Source: Felis catus (taxonomy: Eukaryota). From it: a DNA stretch of 64,000 nt. Under the pieces are notes generated by a model. That model saw only the letters and a program-made list of their open reading frames with translations, ran no database searches and was not told the origin of the DNA. Made by a program: the position numbers and the translations under genes. Positions 1 to 12,425 of the stretch are shown piece after piece. The DNA is taken from the NCBI RefSeq assembly GCF_018350175.1, contig NC_058375.1:9796001-9860000 (forward strand), in the 5' to 3' direction. Position 1 is the stretch's first letter; each line of letters opens with the position of its first letter.

Positions 1-149
1 CCTGACTGGTGCGGGAGGAAGGGGGTCTCTGCTTGGACCCGTCGGCCCCCCCTTGACCGAGCTCTCCTTGAGGGAGCTCTCTGGACCCTCTTCTTGTGAA
101 CTCGGGGTTTTTCTCTCCTGCGCCCTGGAGGTTGCTGTTACCACGGTTA

Positions 150-1240
150 CCAGCAGGCTCTAGGCCACGGAACGTGTCCATGGCTCTCCGTCTTGGCCTC
201 CTCGACCTTTGGCGACAGTAGATATTTAATGCTCCCCCTTCCTTGACGTGCTTGCCCTTCTTGCCACCGCTCTCTCCGGGCTTCCCCAGGTCACCACTTG
301 CCCCTCCCCCCCCCCCATCCCGTCCTGGGTCCCTGCACTTCTCTCTGTGGCCCCTTTCCCTTTCGTGAGCCATCTGGACCCCCCAGATGCTGACCAACCC
401 CGGAGTCCTGAGTTTCGTTTCAGCCGCCCACGTGACCTCTCCTGTGGGTCGAGTACACACTTTAAATGGAATCCCGTGCAAACTGATCTCTCTCTGAAGC
501 GTCTCCTGCCATCTTCCCATCTTGGCTAAAGGCAGACCATCCTGCCCCGGGGTCTGTCCAGACTCCAGTGTCTTCCTGGCCCCCGCCCCAGCCCTGACAT
601 CCGGTTCATCAGCAAATCCTGTCGGCACCACTTCCAAACCATCCCTGGAGTCGGCCGCTTCTCACTGCCACCCCGGGGTCCAAGCTGCCATCCACTCCCA
701 CCTGGATGACGGCAGTCGCTTCCTAACTGGCCCCCCTCCCCCTCCCCACTTCCATTCTTGTCATCCTACAGTCGTGCCCAACACAGTGGCCATGCCGGGT
801 CATGTCCGTCTGCTGCCCAGAAGGACAACCTGGCTCCCACCTCACTCAGGGGTCACGAGACCCTCCCTTCTGCCCCCGCTTCTCTGACATTCCAGGCAAG
901 TTCCACCTCAGGCCCTTTGCACGTACCGTTCGCACCACCCAGCCCGGGTTAGGCCCGGGTGTCCAAGCAGATCCGTCTCCCACGGCCTTCGGGTTTGACG
1001 CACGTGGTTCTGTGAGGTGTTCCCTTCCGCCTTCCGGCCCTGCCTGCCCCCGCCGTGCACTGCTGAGCTCTCTCCTCGACGTCACTTCTCTCCGTGGGGA
1101 TCACTACGGTGTGGCCTGCCGCCTGTTCGTTTATTCCCTTTCTGACTGAGGAGGTGGCCGGGGAAGGTGGAGGTGTGATCCCCGTGCTCCCTGCTCCATC
1201 TGTCTCGTTCACACGTGCTGAGCCGCAGTGACCGCTCATC
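150..1240. mobile_element. Old L2 LINE fragments
   Basis: L2-like phrases (catcagcaaatcctgtcggcaccacttccaaa, ggtccaagctgccatc, cttcctaactggc); boundaries approximate. Confidence 0.5.
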
Positions 1241-4200
1241 CCCGGGGTCGGGGTTAGTAGCTCCGACTAATTGAATAGGCTCTCAGGAGGTGGTGCGGGG
1301 TGCTCGCCCCCCAAGTGGCAGGGAATGGGGGCCGTCCTTGGCCCGGCCACCCTCCCTCACCTGCGGGCTCCGAGTTTACAGTGCACGTCCCCAGTCTGAC
1401 CAGTGATCTTCTTGGACAACGGTGTCTTTTGCTGTTCATGAGCTTGGGGTTTCTCTGCAAATTGCCTCCCTGTGTCCTTAAACTGTTCGGTGATTGGATC
1501 GCCTTTGCCCGTTTTTTTTTTTTTTTTTTTAAGTTGTTTTGTTGTCATTTGACTCCATCTCTGGTCCCTGCACCCTCTGTTCTTGGAAGGCCCCAGAGAG
1601 GCTCAGGTGTGGGTGCTGAGTCCCCTCCCCGGGGCTCCAGGAAGGCTGTGTGAGGGGACGGGGCACCTTCGCCGTGACCCATGAGCTTGTGGAGACGGCC
1701 TAGGCAAACAAACCAACCCTGGTAGGTCCTAGGGGTCTTTGAACCGGAACCTTCCACTCTTGGAATCCTCTCCCAGCCATGGCCTTCATCCCTGTTTCTT
1801 CAGTTTTGTTTCTTGCGTGTAGACCCACGTGTCCAGCTGTCCTCCTTACCAGAAACCAGTGGGGGCTGAATGAGAACGGGGTGGCCTGGGGGCCCGAGTC
1901 TTGGCCTTGCGCTGGCATCAGACCCCCTCCGAACCTGGGTGTTTTTCCCGTCTCGGCCGCACTAAGTCGTATGCGGACTGGGTGACATAAAGAACTGTCT
2001 GTCTTACTTCCCAGAGCATCCTTAGCCAAGCACCTGGCCGGTGGTGGACCCCCTCCTGTGTGCCAGGCGAAGGTCCAGGTGCCGGGGATGCGTCAGTGAT
2101 GAGAAGGCCCCTGCGGAGCCAGCGAACAACCCAGTAGACTCTGAGTGTGTTGATGGTGCTGAACACGATAAAGGAAAAGGGCCTGGAGGCCATTGGGAGG
2201 CCGTGTTGCAGCTTCAGACGGAGGGAGGCCTTGAGCAAGACCGTGAGGGAGGGGCGAGCCCCATGAGGACCTGGGGGGGCCTTCCTCAGCCCCGGGTAGG
2301 ATCACTGGGGAGCTCACAAGTACCGACGCCCCTGCCACCCCCAGAGACGCTGACGCCACGGGCCTGGTGCGCAGACCCGGCCTCCCCGTGAGTAGCCGGG
2401 GCTGAGGGCCACTAGGAGGAGGGCTGTGTGCAGACAGATGGAAGGACAGACGTGTTGAAGCAAGCCCAGCACGGCCCGGGTAACAGGAGCCCAAGGGGGC
2501 CGGGAGGCGATGCGCCACCCCCCCCCCCCGTGTGTCGAGGAACGAGAACGGGGTCACTGTGCTGGGAGCCCGGGACTGACAGTTGCCGCAGGGGCGTGTC
2601 ATGATCCAGGGTGCCTTTTGGGAAGGGGCAGCTTGCTGTTCTGTAGAAAGATGGCAGGGGAGGCCTCGTAGGAGCCAGGAGGCCAGTGAGGAGGGGGAGG
2701 GACTTGGCCGGTGGAGGGAGGGCCTGGCCCGCCTCCTGCTCTGATCCGCCAGTCAGTCATCACGGCACCAGGTGCCTCCCCCGCGTCCTGAATTCTTAGA
2801 AGGCCAGTGACCTCACATCCCGGTCCCAGGGCTCTTCCTAGCCCCGCTCTGCCTCCAGGCCAGCAGGGATGGTGTCCTGAGGTTCGGAGGCTGGGAGGCA
2901 GGGAGGTGGACACGAGGATCGCGACTGACGGCCGTGCCGCCCCCTCCTCGGGCCGTGTCCCTTGGCAGGCGCCCACGTCCCCGCCGACTGCCACAGTGCA
3001 GACACCGTGCTGGTGGATGCTGGAGAGTGCCAGCATGTCCCGCGCTAAGAGCTTCCTCTGAATTTAATGGATGAAATGGCTAGCTTTGCACATGGGGAAA
3101 CCAGAGCCCAGAGAGGCCCCTGACTTGCCGAGGTCACACAGCTAGAGAGTGGGAACCTCGAGTCAGGAGGTCTTTGTGTGTTAACCGCTACCTTGCTGGG
3201 AGCTGGAGAGATACGTGGTTCCCGAGATGCTGTTTCTCAGCACCTGACATCTCAGCTCTGGGCAGCCCCCGGGCTCTCAAGAGTTCTCTGACCACCGGAA
3301 GGGTTTTGTGATCAGGTGTCCTGCTGGATATCACTGCCCCAGTCTTAATAGGACACATCCAGGTGGTGACTTGGTGTCTCCCCAGAAATTGTGGTCCATG
3401 GAACTGAAAGGGCTGGGCTCTGCTGCCCCAGGAAAGTCTCCGAATGTGTCTGAGCCTCAGTGTCCTCATCTGTGAAATGGGTATAAAAAGCGCTTGTTCT
3501 CCCTACATCTTGAGCTGCCGGGAGGGTCCAGAGAGAATAGCAGAGAAAGAAAGTACCTGGGAATTACAGGGGATGTGTGTGTGCTGGCTCGCATTGCCTT
3601 CTGCTGGGCCTGGCTGTGCGCTGAGGGGTGGCAAGAGGGGCCTGCCTTCAGGCGCTTTGGCCCTCACCCCCAGTGTAAGCTCTCCAACCTCATGGGTGCT
3701 GAGGGAGGGGTTGGGGAGAAAGCTCGCCCCCTAGCGGACAAGGCTGTGGTTGCCGCAGCTGCAGGAACCTGAGGGTGGAACAGGTGTGCCAGGGAGCAGA
3801 GAAATGCCGGCCAACTGGAGAGGGCTGGGAGGCCAGGGCAGTTATCTTTGACGGATCTGGTGTCTGAGTGTTTAGTAGATGGGTAATGATGGTGACAGAG
3901 GGAGACGTAGATGTTGATGATGCAGGGTCTGCTCCCCTCCATTGGAGACATTTCTGCAGAGAGGGGACAGTGTAGGGGGATCCGCCGTGTCCCAGGACAG
4001 GGGCGTGCAGGTGGGCCAGGTTTCCAGCCAGCTGACTGTCTCTCCCACAGTCGGGTCGGCTGCCCGAGGGGCTGTGCTCACATTGGGGTACCAGCCAGCC
4101 CCCAGGCCACCCCATGGGCCTTGTGACCCTGGGGCTTTGGTGGTCCATCTGGGGCACAGGCGTGCCCCTGAGCATTGGGTCTTAGTTTTCTACCTTGAAT

Positions 4201-4409
4201 CTTGCTCAGATAGTAGAATAAGCTGACCACGGGCCTCGATCTCACAGCTTGGGGGAGGAATTCACCCCGGGGGCAGCCCTGCGTCTTGACTTGGGGGCCA
4301 GATTCTCATTTGTCTGTTTATACGTTTGTTTGTTTACGCATTCGCTTACTTCGTTTATCATAATAGGTGTTTGTTGGTGGCTACCTGCCGCAGCTTTGAC
4401 GCTGTTAGC

Positions 4410-4550
4410 GTTTGGATTGTTGTGGAACGTTTAGCAGTATCCCCGACCCCAGCCGCCAGCCGCCGGTAGCCACATCCCTTCCCTGAGATGTGACGACCAG
4501 AAATGTCTCTGGACACTGCCAAATGCTTGCCCTTGTTGAGAACCACCGAT
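4410..4550 (-). mobile_element. MER20 (hAT-Charlie) DNA transposon fragment
   Basis: Reverse complement matches recalled MER20 end (…tgtgacgaccagaaatgtctctggacactgccaaatg…gttgagaaccac). Confidence 0.65.
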
Positions 4551-4764
4551 CTAAACCCTGATGTTTCAGCTTCGAGACTGGCCCCATTCCCATCTCTCGC
4601 TCCCTCAGACAGCTGGCTCCGGGCCAACCCCCGGTGCAGGTGATGTGCCCGGAGTGTTCACCCTTCCTGCTTTCCCACTCCCCTCACCTTCCACCTCTCC
4701 TGTCCGGAGGGCCTGCTCACTTCCATTCTTCCGTCTGGGGACAGAACTGGGACCTGAGACAAGT

Positions 4765-4890
4765 TACTTAACCTCTCTGCGCCTGTTTCCTTCTCTGTAA
4801 ATTACGGCTAATATAGTAAATGCGCCTTGATAGGTTGTATGTAGAGGGAGATAGTTGATGGACGTAAATACTTAGCACACTTCCGGCGTA
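4765..4890 (+). mobile_element. MIR SINE
   Basis: acaagttacttaacctctctgcgcctgtttccttctctgtaaa MIR core. Confidence 0.6.
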
Positions 4891-5764
4891 TGTGTGGTTC
4901 TTAGTCAACACATACTTGTTTTTGTTGTGCTGAGTGGGTTGTGCTACGATATATCCGCAAGCGAGACAGAAGCGCTGACCTTGGGATTTCACGGGCCAGG
5001 AGGGAGGCAGATCCTTTATGTTGCAGTTGTGACTCAGTGGAACAAGCGCTGTGGTGGGGAAGCCCCAGGGGGCAGCGGGAGCCTGCAGAAGAGATGCCTC
5101 ACCCAGGGGTTAAAGAAGGAAGGCTTTCCGGAGGAAGCGGTATCCCAGCCAGGACCTGAAAGATGAGTCTGGGTTTGCCGGGTGAAGGGAGGGGAGGAAT
5201 TGTGGTCTACGTTACCTACCTTTAAGAAAAGTTTTAAAGGCTTCCCTGGGAAAGAATAATCGAATTTAGTGGGCTGTGGTAGCAGATAGGGCTGGACCCG
5301 TGTCCCACGACCCGGGCTCAGAGATTCCCGGAATGAACGTGCTTGGCGCAGCGAGGCTGGGATAGGTGCCAAGTGCAGCGTTAGCGGCCTGGAGAGGACC
5401 TGCTGCAGGTGCTAGAGGCACCTTGGTACCAGGAGCCTCCAGATGCTTCCGAGGGGAGGACGTGCCTGGGAAGGCAGATGGGGAAACAGTGCAGCCGCTG
5501 TGTGCACAGCAGGGCTACGCCCCCAGCTCGCCCGTCCCTCTGCGGTGGGGGGGGGTCCCCAGGACACCCCTGCCGAGTGCCGTGTCTCGGCACCCAGCTG
5601 GCAGATGCTTCCGCCATCACTTTCAAGGGGACGGAAGGTGGTGGGCGGAGCGCGGTGGATCTCCCGCGGGGTTGTTGAAGCTCACCTGCCGTAGGCCTCG
5701 GGGTGCTGTCTGGGGCACCGGGGTGGGCCCCTGGTGATGGTGTGTGTCGTTCTCTCCCCAACAG

Positions 5765-5885
5765 CTACAGTCTCCGCCTGGCGTCCCGGTGTCCTCCTCC
5801 AGCCGCCCCGTACATCACCAGGCAGTGTAGGAATGTCAAGGCGACGGCTGCAGCCCAGTTCCAGGGACCCCTCTTCAAAGAGTAG
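5765..5885 (+). CDS. PRDM2: PRDM2 (RIZ1/RIZ2) final coding exon, C-terminal ~40 aa (exon continues as UTR to 5908)
   Basis: Acceptor tctctccccaacag|C at 5764/5765; frame C TAC AGT CTC CGC… gives (S)YSLRLASRCPPPAAPYITRQCRNVKATAAAQFQGPLFKE-TAG (5883-5885), matching the recalled human PRDM2 C-terminus (SYSLRLASRCSPPAAPYITRQYRKVKAPAAAQFQGPFFKE); donor ACAG|GTACGA at 5908/5909. Confidence 0.93.
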
Positions 5886-8800
5886 ACACCTCGCCTGCTC
5901 CCTGACAGGTACGAGGAGGGTGGAGCAGCTTCTGGCACTGCGTGGGCGGCTCTGGGGCCCGGGAGGGCTGGGAAGCAGGGAAGAGGGTGGGCCTGGTGTG
6001 GGCCTGGTGTGTGCCCGGTGGAGCCCGGGGCCTTCCTGCAGGTAGGTGCGGACTCTGGACCCCGCCCCCAGCTCTGCCACTTACTGGCGGTGGGACCTCA
6101 GCAAGATACTCAGCTTCTCTGAGCCTCAGTTTCCACATCTATAAAGTGGGGGTGACCTACTTCATAGGTTGTGAGAATTACAAGGGTCACATGTACGCAA
6201 AACATGTAGATCAGCGCCTGATGCATAGAAAGCATCAGGTAAGTATTAGCTCTTGTTACTGATCGAATAAGAACAGCAACAATAACCAGCATTAATCGAG
6301 ACCTCCAGAGGCTTTAAGCCCAGAAAAGATTGTGTAGTCTTTATTCGCACAACGTATTTGGAAGTGAAAGTAGTACTTTTCTGTAAGATGCAGAGGTTAA
6401 ATTTATGTTGAACCAGAAGTCTCTTTCTAGACTGATGGTAAAATCTGAATTCGTTTATAGGAGCCGGACTTTCCATCTTTTGAGGGGAGGGCTGGGCTTT
6501 GCCAGTGACTTCGAGTAGGCTTGGGCTTCTTTTGTTGGTGACACGGCACATCTTCCTTCCTTGTGTCCCTGAGACCAGCCTCTAAAGAAACGATTGGAGG
6601 ACTGCATGCACCTGTGCATCGGGGCACCGGTTAAAGATACCCCGAGGTGCAACTCCAGATTTGCTAAAAAGCATCCTTGGTGTGCAGGGCCTGGGAATCT
6701 GTGTTAGCAGGTGGCCCCGTGATTCTGGGACGCACTCAAGTTTGCGGATGCCTGCTTAATGCAGCCAGGGTTGTTCAGAATGAGAACATCGCTGTTTAAG
6801 GCAAGAATGGGCTGAATTCTGAAACTCTGGCGTCTTCTGTGTTCTACTTTCCTCCCTTCCACCTGCCCTGATGCCCACAGAGTGCACTCACTGCTTCCTT
6901 CCTGAAGCTGCTGGAGTCTCTGGGCTTGGCTTTATTTCTCTGGGGCTTGGGGAGGGGAACGGAAACAGAATCCACTTTCCCCAGAGAGTCTGTTGTCTTG
7001 AGCCAGAACCGAGCCCGCGTCTCCAGCACAGGCTCCTGAGAGGGCTCACGGCCCTGAGCTGGAGATGCTGGGGAGCCGAGTTGGAGTGGACGCTAGGATA
7101 GCACCCAGCTGGAAGGCCCGGGAGATCGTCCCTCCCCTCTCCCATCTTACAGATGGGAAGATTGGGGCCTGGAGACGAGAGGCTGGGCTGGAGTCTGCCA
7201 GAGAATGGGAGTCTGTGCCAGGATAATTCTGGGGCCCGGGACGTCCCTGTGGTGGCCGCTGGAGGTGTTCTTTGCAACCTGAAGGAGAGCCAGGTGCGAC
7301 TGGGCTGATCCGTCCGCAGACAGGGTGCGTCCATTGGCCACCGCAGTCTCTGGTGGTGACACAGTGTTGGCCAAGCGTTGCTAATTCGGGCTCTGCCCAG
7401 GGGCCAGGGCACGACCCCGGAAGTATGCCTTGTCTGCCCTTATTTTCAAACAGGTGCAGCATCCCCCGGCAAGGTGCTCAGGTGACTAGAAGCCCAATGT
7501 AATTAGCATCTGCAGTTAACAGCCTCTATTCGCCCATCAACAGTGAGCATTCGGAACCGAATGGCCTCATTTCTAAGTGACTGGAACTTGCCCCTTCAAG
7601 TCTTAAACTTTTTTATGTTTCTAATTTGTATTTACAACAAGCCTGTTGTGGATCTATCTATATAGATCTATCTATCTATAGATACATATACGTGTATACA
7701 AATTAAAAGAACACCTTATTTATACTGTTTGTCTTGCTCGGGCCGCCATAACAAAATACCACAGACTGGGGCTTAAACATGCAGACATTTGTCTCTTACA
7801 GTTCTGGAGGCAGAAGTCTCAGGCCAGGGCGCCGGCACGGTCCTCACCAGAACCTTCTTCCCGGCTCACAGAGGCCATCTTCTGGCTGCATCCTCCGTGG
7901 TGCAGAGAGGAGGCCCTGGTGTCCCTTGTAAGGGCACTAATCCCATCACAGGAGGGGTGAGGGCTTCTTCACGAATCTTGAGTTGGACACAGTTCAGCCC
8001 ATTGCCGTGTTTAACACACTTCTAGAATGATTCTTTTTCAGTGCTGTGACAAAGGATGTTAGCGTGGGCAGGGCGTGTAGGTCACGGAGAGGCAGTTGGC
8101 AGAACTGGGGGCAGAGCTTGAGTCGTCTGACTCCTAGAATGGATGGTGGGCTTTTTAAGTGGCCTACGCTTGTCCCCTGAAACCCCGGGTGAGACTGTGT
8201 GTGCAGTGGGGTCTGTTATGAGGAACAGGTGACATCCTGGAAGCGCCCAGGCCCCAGGACTGCCCCTCACCTGTTGCTCTCGCCAGCTTAGAGGCTCTGG
8301 CCACTTTACTCGACGGTCCGCACCGAGCTAGGAGCTCGGCTTTTCTCCTGTGACTGTTGTCTGCAGGCACCTCCCTTTTCTGGGCTTTATCGGTGCCATG
8401 GGCAAAGCCCAGAACTTTCTGTTCGCTTTCAGGTATAAAACGTGCCACCTTGCCCAGTCCAGCGTGAAGCCTGCCCCTGCACGTCCTGTCCACCTCTGTC
8501 TCTTTCTGTTGCTTGGGGCCAGCCGCACTTGGGCCCCGGGGTCTTCGAGGGGACGTCCGGGGAAGGGACTGGCACCTCTCACTCATCTGGCTGCCTCCGT
8601 GATCTTCCCCTCAGCTGTCGCTGGCCTCGGGGCAGGCTTCCTAGCGCTGGTCGCTGGCCTCTTGTGGGGTCCCAGGAGTGGGGTGGGTGGGTGTCTCCCC
8701 CTGCCCGCCTCCCTGATAAGAGAGCTCCCCTCTAGCAAATTCTGCCCAGCTCCAGCCCCAGTGGTCCAGCCCACGGCCCCTGCTGCTGGGGTCCCCTCCC

Positions 8801-10538
8801 TGAAGGGCTGCCCCTCGGGCTGGGGACTGGCAAGATGGCTTCTTTTGTGGGTCCCGCTCGATGACCCACAGGTAATACACACATAACACCAGCCACACCG
8901 GCCCGAGGACATGCAGGCCACTCCGTGGCTGGCCCCTGTCTCTGCGTTCTTTTTCTCCCCCGGCTTGTGCGGGGATGGGTCTGGGCACACGTGGGCCCCC
9001 ACCGGGAAGGGAGGCCCCCTCTCTTGAAGGCGCCCTCCTGTACTGCAAGCGGCCCTCCTTCCAGCCCCATCAAGAGGTTTCGGGGGGTGGGGGTTGGAAT
9101 GGATCGTGGTCAAGTGTGCATTTTCTGCAAGCGAATCCTGGCTCCAACAGTCCTGGTAGGTACTTCACTTCTCTGCGTTTCAATTTGCCCATCTGCAAAA
9201 TGGGTTAATGGTATACCTGTGTCATAGGTCTGCTGCAAGGACTGCATAGGTTAGTACGTGAGACGCCCTTAGGAAAGTGGCTGGTGTGTGGTCAGCCTGC
9301 CTTGAATCAGCCCTGCTGTTTCTGCTCCCACTGAGTTATCAGAGTAGTGGTAGGAAGAGGAATCGTAGTTGTAGTAGGAGTAGGAGTTACAGGAATGATG
9401 ACCAGGTCCATGGGGTGAGAGAACGGAGCCCCTGAACTTGGCCCAGCACAACGCCATGCTCCTATTCCGCCCAGCGCAGCAGAAGTTACTGAGGACTGAC
9501 TCACGAGCCTGGCTCTGTTGTCAAGTACTGCGAGTGGGGTTTCTGTGCAGGAGGCGCGCAGCCCAAGCCATTCGCTATGACGGAAAGCACACGTGGGCTC
9601 TGGGGTGGGCTCGGCTTGAGTTCCAGCCCCACCTCTGCCCCTCGTTACCAGCCTGACCTGGTGAAAGCCGCTTGCCCTCTCTGAGCCTCTGTTTCTTCCA
9701 TGCAAGATGGGGATCAGTGTCACCTGCCACGAGGGTCATCGGGACCATTAGAATGAAATCAGGTGATAGTGTAATCACTCCGGAAAAGCCTTTGGCAGTA
9801 TTGATTGAAGTGGGACCCAGCAGTTACACCACTAGGGAGACATTCAGCGGGTGTGTGCACACGCATGGGAGAGCTCCCATGTCATCCGTGCACACGCTAC
9901 CAGCCAGCACTTCCACTTGGCGCAAATAGGCATGCATGGGCGCCACACGTGTCTTCCAGGCGTAGATAAGCGAGTCCTAGCCGCCCGCATTCCTCACGGT
10001 GGCCCCGGATCGGAAGCTGCCCGCTCGTGCACTGGTGGGGACCAGCCAGATGAAGGTGGCAGGATCCTGCGGTAGAATCTCCCAGCAAGGAGGTGGACAG
10101 AGCTGCACACACGGGCTCCAAAGGGATGAATCCCCCAAACGCACCATGTGGAAGAAGCCCAGACGGGAAGGATGTGTGCTGGTTGATTCCATTTACTTCA
10201 GTTAAAAAACGGACAAAAATCAATCCCTGGTGATCGAGGGGAGGTAGTTATTCTGGGGGTGAGGGTTAGTGCTGGTCCTAAAAAGGAGCCTAGGCTGGGG
10301 GCTAAGGGGAGGTTGGTCACGTTCTGTTTCTTGATCTGGGTGCTGGTTACACGGGTGGAAATTCATCAAGCTGTGCTTTCTTTCTGTACGCGTGGTGTAT
10401 ATCAGTAAATTGTTGCATTAGAAGAACTGACTGAGATGGTGCTTCAGCAGCCCAGGGAAGGCACTGAGGATGCGGCCACTGTTACCATTTTTCTTTTCTT
10501 TTTCTCCTTCAGCACCTGAAGTGACCTGGAGTCAGTGA
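5765..10538 (+). CDS. PRDM2: Alternative-frame CDS of a short PRDM2 isoform: join(5765..5908,10513..10538)
   Basis: Phase-1 entry reads (x)TVSAWRPGVLLQPPRTSPGSVGMSRRRLQPSSRDPSSKSRHLACSLT, open across all 144 nt, then splices G|CA CCT GAA GTG ACC TGG AGT CAG TGA (APEVTWSQ*). Resembles the recalled C-terminus of the short human isoform that skips the large zinc-finger exon. Confidence 0.55.
6075..6255 (+). mobile_element. MIR SINE
   Basis: ctctgccacttact…ctctgagcctcagtttccacatctataaagtggg MIR core. Confidence 0.7.
6590..6755. mobile_element. MER5-type hAT-Charlie element
   Basis: gggcctgggaatctgtgttagcagg…gattctg…cactcaagtttg typical of MER5A/B. Confidence 0.5.
7725..8005. mobile_element. MLT1 (MaLR) solo LTR
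   Basis: gccataacaaaataccacagactgg…cttacagttctggaggcagaag…aagggcactaatcccatca…cacagttcagcccat. Confidence 0.75.
10140..10420 (+). mobile_element. Old L1ME 3' end fragment
   Basis: gattccatttac…gttctgtttcttgatctgggtgctggttacacggg…aaattcatcaagctg. Confidence 0.6.
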
Positions 10539-12385
10539 AGCCAAAGGGACTGGCTGGCCCTCTGCCCCGCAGGGAGTACCGACCTATTCCAGTTTTACGA
10601 GCCTGCGAGAGAAAGGGAGGGAGTGTGTGCGTGCGTGGGTGTGCGTGTGCGGTCTTCAGACGAGGGTCCCAAACCCCAGGGAGGCAGGAAGGCAGCTGAC
10701 TCCACAGCGTGGACGACACGTGGGTGCAGCCCCTGGGACCGTGTTCTGCAGCTCAGCCTTCCTGCTGGGGTGGGGCCTCTCCTACTATGCAATTTTTCAA
10801 GAGCTCCTTGATCCTGCTTTTTGCTTTCTCGAGTTGTCTTTTGCCATGGCGGGGACTGTGGTCTGGCTCAGGGGTCAGTTCTAGGCCTGTCCGAGGAAGG
10901 CCTTCAGGAGGAGGCCGAGTCTCCTTTCTCACCGCCCCACCTTCCCTAGCCTTCCAACGTCTCTGGGAATCAACGGCGTGTAGACACGTCAGAGCCTTGC
11001 TGTCGACCCCCTTGGCCTGCGCACTTCGAAAATCCCCCTTCTTTGCCTGAGCTGCTGGCTTGAGTCGTTTCCAGATTCGAAATTCTAGTCAGTCCCTGGG
11101 CATCTGGGAGAGAAGTCCCCGTCCCCATTTGCAGACCTGGTTGCCCCCTTGGGAGAGGCAGGGGATGGGACAGCATGTGGCAGGAAGGGGAGGTGTCCCC
11201 AGTGCTTCTTTGCCTCACTTGGGACCATCAACACGTTAGCGACTGACCTTCCCAAATTAGCTGAAAAGGGAAACAAACAAAAATTGGGAAATGAAGATAA
11301 GCGGGAGGATTAAGAAGCACAGGGGGAAGAAGAAGAGATTTCTAGAGGCCACCAGTCGCCTGCCAGGGAACGATGGAGCTGGCCCCTGCTTTGTGCAGGG
11401 ACAGCCCATGTCTCGGAGAAACGGGTGAGCTGAGCTAGGAGTTTGGACCCAGTTCAGTGAGGATCTTGGGTTTTGTGCCTTTGGGGCAGACCCCAGACAC
11501 GGATGTCTGAGACCACTTTGGCGCTGTTTTCTCAGCTCCGTTTTCAGTAGTGATGTATCAGACCCACAGTGGAAGGAGAGAACTTGGGAGAACATGAGTG
11601 GTCACACACAAAAAGGGACTTTTTTTTTTTTTCCCCNNNNNNNNNNNNNNNNNNNNNNNNNNNNNNNNNNNNNNNNNNNNNNNNNNNNNNNNNNNNNNNN
11701 NNNNNNNNNNNNNNNNNNNNNNNNNNNNNNNNNNNNNNNNNNNNNNNNNNNNNNNNNNNNNNNNNNNNTCGACTGGCTGCAGCGTAGGGTCTGATCATGG
11801 TCCGGGAGAAAGGTCTCACGAGATCCTCACATGGACAGAAAAGTGCCGATGGCTGGCCCGCACCCCAGTTTTCCATTTGCCACCCAGCTAGCTACACACC
11901 GTTGTTTGTTGTAAATTCCCGTAAGCTGGAATCCTTTTGCCCACTCCTAAAATTAACCCTCACAAGCATGCAAAGCTGTGGCTGTTCCTTATCCTCACGA
12001 TACGATTTTGTCCCATCAATGTCGACACTCATCTTCTCCGTTCTGGAAGGTTTCCCCTTTCGGCAGCAAGGAAGGCTCACGAACCCAAAGCTTCGAAAGT
12101 TCACCTTCAGCCGATGGTGAATTCCAGGAAATGTCGCTGGGGGCTGGGGGCCACTCGTTTTTGCATGCGCAAACGTGCCGGTCAGCTTTCCACCCTCTCA
12201 GACTAGTGGAAAGGGTTACACGAGTGTTCCGATCGCGACAACGGGGGTGGTCTTCTAAAGAGTGGTGTTTGCTGGTCAGTGGTGGTTTTGGGGGCGTGGG
12301 TTTGGATCACGGAAGAGGACGGTTCTGTATCTGCCATGTGAAGAAAAGTAACAATAAAAGTGTGAAGCCCGATTGTAAGGAACAA
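10513..12385 (+). other. PRDM2: PRDM2 terminal exon (3' UTR of RIZ1/RIZ2), interrupted by an assembly gap
   Basis: Strong acceptor ttttcttttctttttctccttcag| at 10512/10513; no recognisable interspersed repeats over ~1.87 kb; ends near AATAAA 12353 plus a GU-rich tract; 5' sequence resembles the recalled human PRDM2 3' UTR. 3' end approximate. Confidence 0.82.
11637..11768. other. Assembly gap (N run) inside PRDM2 3' UTR
   Basis: 132 N following a poly-T tract. Confidence 1.
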
Positions 12386-12425
12386 GCCTGGGAGTGATCG
12401 TTTTGGTTTCTGTGTTTTGTGTCTT
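12353..12425 (+). terminator. PRDM2 polyadenylation signal and downstream GU/U-rich element
   Basis: AATAAA at 12353-12358 followed ~40 nt later by gttttggtttctgtgttttgtgtc; repeats resume at ~12650. Confidence 0.75.

Noticed and set aside
5765-5770. Second AG 6 nt into the PRDM2 exon (CTACAG) as an alternative acceptor
   Set aside because: Possible in-frame variant, but the recalled protein includes these residues and the sequence alone gives no evidence of use.
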